A stretch of DNA of 64,000 nt. It comes from Patescibacteria group bacterium UBA6017. Its GTDB lineage: Bacteria; Patescibacteriota; Saccharimonadia; UBA4664. Below are positions 57,641 through 64,000 of this stretch, in pieces (within the stretch, counting starts at the first letter, position 1; every line of letters begins with the position of its first letter). Position numbers and translations under genes: made by a program. The stretch is taken from the NCBI GenBank assembly GCA_002429485.1, contig DIZX01000002.1, positions 3,082 through 67,081 on the forward strand. Reading direction: 5' to 3'. The notes under the pieces are model-generated. The model had not been told where the DNA came from. It saw nothing but the letters and a program-made list of their open reading frames with translations, and made no database searches.

Positions 57641-58051
57641 ATGAGCACTATCAAGACTAAAGTCGCAATCATCGAAGATGATATTGCGATTGTACAAATG
57701 TACCGGACCAAGTTTGAGACCGAAGGCTATGATGTATCGACGGCGCCGGATGGCGTGAGTGGCCTGGAATTGATCGAATCATTTGAGCCAGACATCGTGT
57801 TACTGGATCTGATGATGCCGAATATGAACGGCCTCGACATGCTATCTCGGTTGCGAAGCCAACCCAACGGGCGTGATGCCAAAGTGGTTGTGCTTACTAA
57901 CATGGGCGACACCGAGACTGCCACTAAGGTCTTCAAAATGGCCGCCGACGACTACATCGTGAAGGCCGAAATGACACCGAAGCAGGTAGCCGAGCGCGTG
58001 AAGACGTTGTTGGATAAAACACCGACTCCTCCGAGCGGCCCGACCTCCTAG
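57641..58051 (+). CDS. Single-domain response regulator
   Basis: IIEDD, LLDLMMPNMNG, LTN, DYIVK; ATG 7 nt behind TATAAT. Confidence 0.92.
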   Translation: MSTIKTKVAIIEDDIAIVQMYRTKFETEGYDVSTAPDGVSGLELIESFEPDIVLLDLMMPNMNGLDMLSRLRSQPNGRDAKVVVLTNMGDTETATKVFKMAADDYIVKAEMTPKQVAERVKTLLDKTPTPPSGPTS

Positions 58052-58060
58052 CCGAATTGC

Positions 58061-58831
58061 TTAAGCGGCGGATTGGGCGGCAATAAGCAGATTGTCGAAC
58101 AGTGAGACGACGGTCATAGGACCGACGCCGCCGGGGTTGGGCGTGATGATGAGATCGTCCTGACGGTAAAGCGCCGGATCGAGCTCGCTTTTCGGGGAGC
58201 CCGTGTCGATGAGCACGGTGTCCGGTCTGACCATGTCGGGTTTGATGAGATGCGGCTGACCGGTGCAGGTGAAGATAATATCGGCCTGGAGGGTCTCAGC
58301 GGCCAGATTTTTGGTGTGAATGTCGCAGCGCACGACGTCGAGGCCGGAGGCTTCGAGGCGGTCGGCTAGCGGCTTGCCTACGAGCCTCCCCTGCCCTATC
58401 ACAACGATCCGGCCCTTGAGGTCGACATTGTGGGCGGCCAGCAGCCACAAGGCGGCTTTGGGGGTAGCAGCCTCAAAGGAGGTGCCGGGAGCGAGGCCAT
58501 CGACGTCTTTCTCGAGGGCAACCGCCGCGAGGGCCGGACTGACCATTTTTGGGTCGCTCAATGGGAGCTGAACAATGATGCCGGTGACGCCGGAATCGAG
58601 ATTGAGGTGATGGATGCGCTCCAGAATAGAATCCGGGGTCTCAGCAAAGACGCTGACTTTGACGCCAATAGATTCCCCGTAGCGTGATTTGACCCGCAGA
58701 TAGACATCCGTCCCGGCATCTTCGCCCATACGAACGATCGCCAGGTGCGGGGGCATGGCCATACCCGCTACCAGAGTAGTGTGGCGTTGAGCAATAAATT
58801 CGGCGATATCGCGCCCGGCGAGTAATTTCAT
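58061..58831 (-). CDS. folD: FolD methylenetetrahydrofolate dehydrogenase/cyclohydrolase
   Basis: GIIVQLP, KDVDG, GRLVGKP, TPNPGGVGPMTV. Confidence 0.92.
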   Translation of the reverse strand: MKLLAGRDIAEFIAQRHTTLVAGMAMPPHLAIVRMGEDAGTDVYLRVKSRYGESIGVKVSVFAETPDSILERIHHLNLDSGVTGIIVQLPLSDPKMVSPALAAVALEKDVDGLAPGTSFEAATPKAALWLLAAHNVDLKGRIVVIGQGRLVGKPLADRLEASGLDVVRCDIHTKNLAAETLQADIIFTCTGQPHLIKPDMVRPDTVLIDTGSPKSELDPALYRQDDLIITPNPGGVGPMTVVSLFDNLLIAAQSAA

Positions 58832-58879
58832 CTTGATCTCCTACTGCGACATCATACCAAACTTTGACCGAAAGTGAGC

Positions 58880-61300
58880 CTAGAGGTCCAGCCGGGCGAA
58901 TACGCGCCGCTTCACGAGCTCGGCAGCCAGCAGGTAGGCCAGCACGATTGCAAGGATGGCAGCAAAGGCAGGAAATGGCAGCGGCGAAAACTTAAAGTAT
59001 TTTGCCAGGGGGCTAAATACTATGGCATAGCCCGCCAGAACCGTACCGAGCGTGCTGAGCAAGAGATAAGGGCTTGGACTACTCTGGATGAAGGGGAGGT
59101 GGCGCGTGCGGATGACGTACACCACAAACGTCTGAGTGGTAATTGATTCAAGAAACCAGCCGGTTTGAAACTGGGGGGCGCCGAAATGAAACACAAACAA
59201 CAAGAGCCCGAAGGTAGCAAAATCGAAAATTGAGCTAAGCGGGCCAAAGCTCCACATGGCGTGCTTGAGGCCCGAGATACTGAGCTTGCGCGGGCGCTTG
59301 ATGCCGTCGGGGTCGACGCCGTCGAGCGGAAGGGCAAACTGCGAGGTGTCATAGAGCAGGTTGGTGAGCAGGATTTGGGTCGCCTGCATGGGCAGGAACG
59401 GGAGAAAAAGGGAGCCGCCAGCCATCGAAAACATATTGCCAAAGTTGGAACCCAGCGACATCATAAGGTATTTGAGCGTGTTGGCGTAGGTGCGGCGGCC
59501 CTCAATGATACCTTCTACGAGGCTGGCCAGGCTTTTATTGAGCAGGATGAGATCGGCGGTGGCCCGGGCTACGTCCACGGCATTGTTTACACTTATCCCG
59601 ATATCGGCGGCCTTGAGCGCCGGCGCGTCATTGATTCCGTCTCCCAAATAACCAACCACATGTCCGCCGGCGCGCAGCTGCTCGATGATACGCAGCTTTT
59701 GCTCGGGATTCACTCGGGCAAAGATAGTGGTAGTTTCAACGGCGTCCCGAAGCTTCGGCCGGCTCATCTTCTCGATCTCGGCTCCAGTCAGAATACCGGT
59801 GATTTCCAAACCGATATCGCTGGCAATCTTGCGCGTCACGAGAGCATTATCACCCGTAACGATCTTCACCTGGATGCCGTACTCGACCATTTTCTCGAGG
59901 GTGGATTTCACCGACTGCTTAGCGGGATCAAGAAACGCAATAAAGCCAATGAAGGTGAGGCCGTGCTCGCATTCCGGTTCGTAGCGAGCCTGTTTGGGCA
60001 GCGCGCGGGTGGCAACGGCCAAGACGCGGAAGCCCTGGCTTGAGAGGGTGTCGTATTGGCGTTGGACCTCGTCCTTGACCTCCTCGAAGCTCTTTCCGCC
60101 GGCATAATGCGAGCTAATGCGCATAATCTCTTCGGGCGCACCCTTGGTCACGAGGAGGCGCTTGGTACCATGGGCCACGGCCACCGATTCACGTTTGCGT
60201 TCAAAATCGTAGGGAATTTCATCGAGCTTGGTATAGCCGTGAATATCGACGGTCTTGAACGCGCGCACGGCGGTATCGAGTGGATTTTCGAAACTGGTCG
60301 TGTAGAAGCTTGCCAGATAACCGTGCAGCAACACGCTATCGGACTCGGTACCAAAGCCATCCACATGTCTTACCAGGGCGATGTGATCTTCGGTGAGGGT
60401 ACCCGTTTTGTCGGTACACAGAACGTCCATCGAACCAAGGTTTTGAATTGAGGCCAGCCGCTTCACGATTACGCCGTGCTTGGCCATGCCGAGTGAACCT
60501 TTGGTGAGATTCAGCGTGATAATGAGCGGCAATAGCTCAGGGGTGAGACCTACTGCAAGCGCCACGCTGAAGAGTAGCGCCTCTAGGGGATTATGGCGAA
60601 AAAGTATATTACACGTGAAGATAAAAATAACTAGCACCGAGGTGATTTTAATAATCAGCAGGCTAAAATCTTTTATTTCACGATCAAACTCAGTGGGCTG
60701 CTCCTCCGAGGAGAGCTCGCGGGCAATGTGAGAGAACTTGGTGGCGTGGCCGGTGCGCTCGACCTGCATCAGGCCCGAGCCGCTGATGATGCTCGAGCCG
60801 AGATACAGTGTTGCGCCCGGCGGCTTACCCACAGGGAAAGACTCCCCGGTGAGCGAAGACTCATTTGCCGACAAGTCCTTGCCCTCGAGCACTACCCCAT
60901 CGGCGGGAATTAGGCGCCCGGCCGTGAGCTTCACCACATCCCCCGGCACCAGATCAGCCAATGGCAGGCTCACCCACTCGCCATTTCGGCGAACATCAGC
61001 CTCAACGCGCACCCGATCGTTGAGTTCGGCGGCCGCCTTTTCGGAGCGATAGCTATTCACGAAGTCGAGTACGGTGCTCACGAGCACAATGGCAATAATA
61101 ATGAAGAAGCTCACAAGATCGCCGAAAAAGGCTGAAAGTGTAGCTGCAAGCATCAAAATAATTACGAGCGGATTCGTAAAGCGGGCCAAAAATGCCAAAA
61201 TTGGCGGCGTGGATTTACCCTGCGCCAAGGCATTTGGGCCATAGTGCTTGAGTCGTTTGGCGGCTTCTTTGGACGTGAGGCCGGCGGTATCGTTCTTCAT
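58880..61300 (-). CDS. mgtA: Mg2+-translocating P-type ATPase (P3B)
   Basis: LTGES, AVGLTPELLP, DKTGTLT, GDGINDAP, SNFGNMFS, NLLYD, FQTGWFLES. Confidence 0.95.
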   Translation of the reverse strand: MKNDTAGLTSKEAAKRLKHYGPNALAQGKSTPPILAFLARFTNPLVIILMLAATLSAFFGDLVSFFIIIAIVLVSTVLDFVNSYRSEKAAAELNDRVRVEADVRRNGEWVSLPLADLVPGDVVKLTAGRLIPADGVVLEGKDLSANESSLTGESFPVGKPPGATLYLGSSIISGSGLMQVERTGHATKFSHIARELSSEEQPTEFDREIKDFSLLIIKITSVLVIFIFTCNILFRHNPLEALLFSVALAVGLTPELLPLIITLNLTKGSLGMAKHGVIVKRLASIQNLGSMDVLCTDKTGTLTEDHIALVRHVDGFGTESDSVLLHGYLASFYTTSFENPLDTAVRAFKTVDIHGYTKLDEIPYDFERKRESVAVAHGTKRLLVTKGAPEEIMRISSHYAGGKSFEEVKDEVQRQYDTLSSQGFRVLAVATRALPKQARYEPECEHGLTFIGFIAFLDPAKQSVKSTLEKMVEYGIQVKIVTGDNALVTRKIASDIGLEITGILTGAEIEKMSRPKLRDAVETTTIFARVNPEQKLRIIEQLRAGGHVVGYLGDGINDAPALKAADIGISVNNAVDVARATADLILLNKSLASLVEGIIEGRRTYANTLKYLMMSLGSNFGNMFSMAGGSLFLPFLPMQATQILLTNLLYDTSQFALPLDGVDPDGIKRPRKLSISGLKHAMWSFGPLSSIFDFATFGLLLFVFHFGAPQFQTGWFLESITTQTFVVYVIRTRHLPFIQSSPSPYLLLSTLGTVLAGYAIVFSPLAKYFKFSPLPFPAFAAILAIVLAYLLAAELVKRRVFARLDL

Positions 61301-61330
61301 GGTTATGCTTATTATAACCTGCAGGCAACC

Positions 61331-61360
61331 AAAAGCCCCACCGTTTTTTAAGGATGGGGC
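61331..61360 (-). terminator. Intrinsic terminator ending the upstream non-coding unit
   Basis: Minus strand GCCCCATCC-loop-GGTGGGGC-TTTT. Confidence 0.75.
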
Positions 61361-61845
61361 GTTGGGATAGGGGGATAATTCAGGGGAACCGCGCTGTCTC
61401 CATTTCGGTCGTGAGACCAAATTGGGGGTAGCGGGTTGTCATCGGCAGTCCGAGGGAACTAAAGTCCGTGGACCAGTCGATCGCTTAACTTAAGCGGCAA
61501 AACCTTTGTAACAATGTTTTTCCACGTATGGAAAAGTTATTTCCTCGTTGAGGAGGATGGGTGTTGCGGCAAGGCGAGCTAGCCTTGGTTTGAACATCGT
61601 TCAGATTTGCTTTAAGCTTCGACACTCTTGCGAGTGTAGCTTAGATCAAATTTGATCGATTTTTTGCAGCAAGCTGCAGGTTTGAGACCGGAGTCTCGTG
61701 TGTCCATTGTTGCCCAGGGGGCAAATATCCAGGAAAGACTCCCAGATGTGTCATAGGGCACTAGATGAACTCTGCTACGAGAGTGCATTTAGTGTCGCAC
61801 GACGTTATCGCGAAGAACGCATACTGCTTATGTAATTTAAAGTAT
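61331..61845 (-). ncRNA. Candidate ~510-nt multi-hairpin non-coding RNA
   Basis: Bounded by a promoter and a terminator, no ORF of 60 aa or more inside, about 13 consecutive stem-loops with A/C-rich linkers. Confidence 0.6.
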
Positions 61846-61850
61846 CGTAT

Positions 61851-61879
61851 AGAATATCACAAGATTTATAGCACGTCAA
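61851..61879 (-). promoter_or_regulatory. Sigma70 promoter with extended -10
   Basis: TTGACG-17 nt (ending TGA)-TATTCT. Confidence 0.7.
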
Positions 61880-61884
61880 GGACT

Positions 61885-63135
61885 TTATTGGACAGAGGCT
61901 TCTTCGGCTCCCAGAGCGGCGGATGCGCAAATGGTGCACTCGTTTTCTTGACGGGAGTCTTGCAGCCAAACGCGAACCGCTTGCGACCAGCGCTCGATAT
62001 CGGCATAGCCCGCGAGATCAGCCAAGCGGCGCAGAATATAGCCAATGAAACCGTAGACATGATAGCCGCGCCATTCAGCTACGGCCCAGTACTCCCCCAC
62101 TGGGAATACACTCACCGGGGCGACCGGACGGTAGGCGGGACGATCGCGGCCCGAGCGAGAACGCACGATATCGCCGGCCACATAATCGGCATCGCGAACA
62201 GCGGTCTGGGCCAGGCCCGAGTACGGCGTGGAGGCGTTGTCTCCGATGACGTAAACGTGGTCGCCGGCCTCCAGATGACTCGACACCATGACCCGTCCAC
62301 CCTTAGCCAGCTGGAAGTGCGTACCGTTGGCGTAGTAAAACGGATTGACGCTAGTACCGGCAGTCCAAACAACGGTGCGAGTGGCGATCGACTGACCCTC
62401 CAGCTCAAGGGCTGCGGCGGTTTCGGCCTTCACCTGGGCGCCCGTGATCACCTTGACCCCTAGCGACTCGAGCTTGCGCTGCACGCGGGCCGAAACGGCT
62501 TCGCTAGAGCGCGGAAGCAATCGCGGAGCAGCCTCAACGAGCTCTATCTGATAGTCGCGCCCCCCAATGTTATGCTGCGCCATGGTGCGGTTGAGGTAAG
62601 CGCCGAGCGATGCAGCCAGTTCGACACCGGTCGGGCCACCACCGACTACGACGTAGTTGAGATCAGGCTTATGTTCGGACATTAGCTGACTGTGAATATG
62701 CAGCTTAAATTCCTCGGCGTCTTCAATCGACTTGATGCCGTACGAGAACTCTTTGAGCCCGGCGATACCAAAATAATTGGTAACGGCACCGAGAGCCATC
62801 ACCAGCTCGTCGTAATGATAGCTGGTAACGCCATCGATGGAGGTGACGGTGTGAGCCTGAGGATCGATAGCCACAATGACGTCCTTAATGAGCTTCACCC
62901 GGGTGCCATCGAGTACATCGGTGAGCGGCAGAGCCGATTCCGAGCGCGAGCCGCCGGTGGCGGAATGGTAAAACTGAGGGTAGTAAGCGAAGGTACTAAG
63001 GTTCGAAATGAGGGTAATATCGAAATCAGAATGACGGCTAAGCTGGCTAGCGGCGCGAACGCCGCCGAAGCCACCGCCGATGATTAAGACTGTTGGAATT
63101 GTGCGGGGTATAGTTGCCATATCTGGTGTAATCAT
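61885..63135 (-). CDS. ndh: Type II NADH:quinone oxidoreductase
   Basis: IIGGGFGG, YDELVMALG, VVGGGPTGVELAA, VWTAG, YVIGD. Confidence 0.88.
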   Translation of the reverse strand: MITPDMATIPRTIPTVLIIGGGFGGVRAASQLSRHSDFDITLISNLSTFAYYPQFYHSATGGSRSESALPLTDVLDGTRVKLIKDVIVAIDPQAHTVTSIDGVTSYHYDELVMALGAVTNYFGIAGLKEFSYGIKSIEDAEEFKLHIHSQLMSEHKPDLNYVVVGGGPTGVELAASLGAYLNRTMAQHNIGGRDYQIELVEAAPRLLPRSSEAVSARVQRKLESLGVKVITGAQVKAETAAALELEGQSIATRTVVWTAGTSVNPFYYANGTHFQLAKGGRVMVSSHLEAGDHVYVIGDNASTPYSGLAQTAVRDADYVAGDIVRSRSGRDRPAYRPVAPVSVFPVGEYWAVAEWRGYHVYGFIGYILRRLADLAGYADIERWSQAVRVWLQDSRQENECTICASAALGAEEASVQ

Positions 63136-63192
63136 AAGTGTGATTGGCTAAAACGTCTATGATTCAGATGAATATCCGAAATACGGCCGTGA

Positions 63193-64000
63193 TTACGGCA
63201 GGACAGTATTTAATGAAATCACCAGACACAGTCCGGTAATGACGACCAGAGAATATTTAAACATTTGTTTTGCCCATAGAGTGTCGTTGGCGGCCGCAAA
63301 GCCGCTCAGGCCGAGGGCCAGCCAGACTAGCCCGAGCATGAGGGTAACCACCAGATAGGCCACGCCGGCATAGCCAAGCAGGTATAACGAAGCCGCTGCC
63401 ACCGTGAACGCAACAATGTAGGCCAGCATTTGAATTTTGGTGGCGCGTATCCCCTGCTTGCTCGGCAGCACCGGTATGTTGGCGGCCGTGTAATCACTGA
63501 GCCGATAGATGGCAATAGCGTAGAAATGCGGCATCTGCCATAAAACGATGATTAGGAATAATATCCCTGCCGCTACATCGAGCCGGCCCGTTACCGCCAC
63601 ATAGCCGACTACCGGCGGTACGGCGCCGGAGATACTACCGACTACCGTGCCAATCGCCGAGCGCCGCTTCCAGATCCCGTACAGCACGACGTAGGCAAAG
63701 AAGCCGAAGAGCGAAATGGCCAGAGTGAGCAGATTGGTAAAGACGCCGAGTATCGCCGCCCCCGCAACGCCAAGAATGCTGCCAAAAATAATCGCAGCGC
63801 GAACCGAAATTGCCCCCCGAACGAGAGCCCGCTGGTTGGTGCGTGCCATCTTGGCGTCGATTTCACGATCGATGTAATTATTGAAGACGCAGGCGGAAGC
63901 GATCACCAATGACAGCCCGGTAAGCATAGCAATACCGAGGTTGAAATGGATTTGTCCTTTTGATGCCAGCAAGAACCCGGCGGTGGCGGCTATAGCATTG
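63193..64000 (-). CDS. cyoE: Protoheme IX farnesyltransferase (heme O synthase), 5' partial
   Basis: NNYIDREIDAKMART..R, GAVPPVVGY, WQMPHFYAIA...DY..A.IPVLP. Confidence 0.93.
   Translation of the reverse strand, partial: NAIAATAGFLLASKGQIHFNLGIAMLTGLSLVIASACVFNNYIDREIDAKMARTNQRALVRGAISVRAAIIFGSILGVAGAAILGVFTNLLTLAISLFGFFAYVVLYGIWKRRSAIGTVVGSISGAVPPVVGYVAVTGRLDVAAGILFLIIVLWQMPHFYAIAIYRLSDYTAANIPVLPSKQGIRATKIQMLAYIVAFTVAAASLYLLGYAGVAYLVVTLMLGLVWLALGLSGFAAANDTLWAKQMFKYSLVVITGLCLVISLNTVLP

Noticed and set aside
61331-61560. M-box (ykoK) riboswitch expected upstream of mgtA
   Set aside because: No UAGGUGAGGCU...UGCUAAAGC consensus visible
61612-61788. 58-aa minus-strand ORF (MHSRSRVHLV...) inside the hairpin array
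   Set aside because: No SD or adjacent -10 and no recognisable protein features; likely incidental but not formally excluded
61407-61795. CRISPR-like periodicity of hairpins
   Set aside because: Stems differ in sequence, spacing is irregular, and there are no cas genes in the window
61450-61835. RNase P RNA-like words on + (AAAGTCCG, CTAGATGAA, GAAC...GCTTA)
   Set aside because: The two P4 strands are not complementary and GAGGAAAGUCC is not intact; promoter and terminator point to the opposite strand

Overview
Bacterial chromosome segment with almost all core genes on the minus strand. Gene content points (inference) to a Patescibacteria/CPR genome, most likely Saccharimonadia: short AlaRS and MetRS, an FtsA-like + baseplate-J-like + yqgF + mltG cluster, many Pro/Thr-rich membrane-anchored orphans, NDH-2 next to heme O synthase, and SD-less starts just behind -10 boxes. 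The first 4.2 kb is the right end of a high-GC integrative element (DNA methyltransferase, RHH, XRE, ImmA/IrrE, large serine recombinase) inserted at tRNA-Ala(CGC); the recombinase ORF reads through the antisense tRNA. Housekeeping genes: obg, mltG, yqgF, alaS, mnmA, cysteine desulfurase, tatD, metG, rsmA, pyrH, pcrA, tpiA, pgk, pyk, tRNA-Glu, folD, mgtA, ndh, cyoE. Two top candidates for an undescribed system: (1) an 8-kb cluster (50060-58051) combining a multi-TM GAF histidine kinase and two receiver proteins with a ThiF adenylase, a nitroreductase-fold protein, a PaaK-like ligase and a PLP aminotransferase, a possible make-and-sense small-molecule signalling module; (2) a ~510-nt promoter/terminator-bounded unit (61331-61845) with no ORF of 60 aa or more, built from a chain of about 13 hairpins, a candidate large ncRNA. 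Also seen: a structured leader on a LysM-CHAP gene, a uORF-hairpin leader on an Rpf-like gene, an in-frame 141-bp palindromic insertion in pcrA, and a recurrent CATAA-N3-TTATG motif. No CRISPR array or rRNA was seen. All family calls come from reading motifs by eye; no database search was run.
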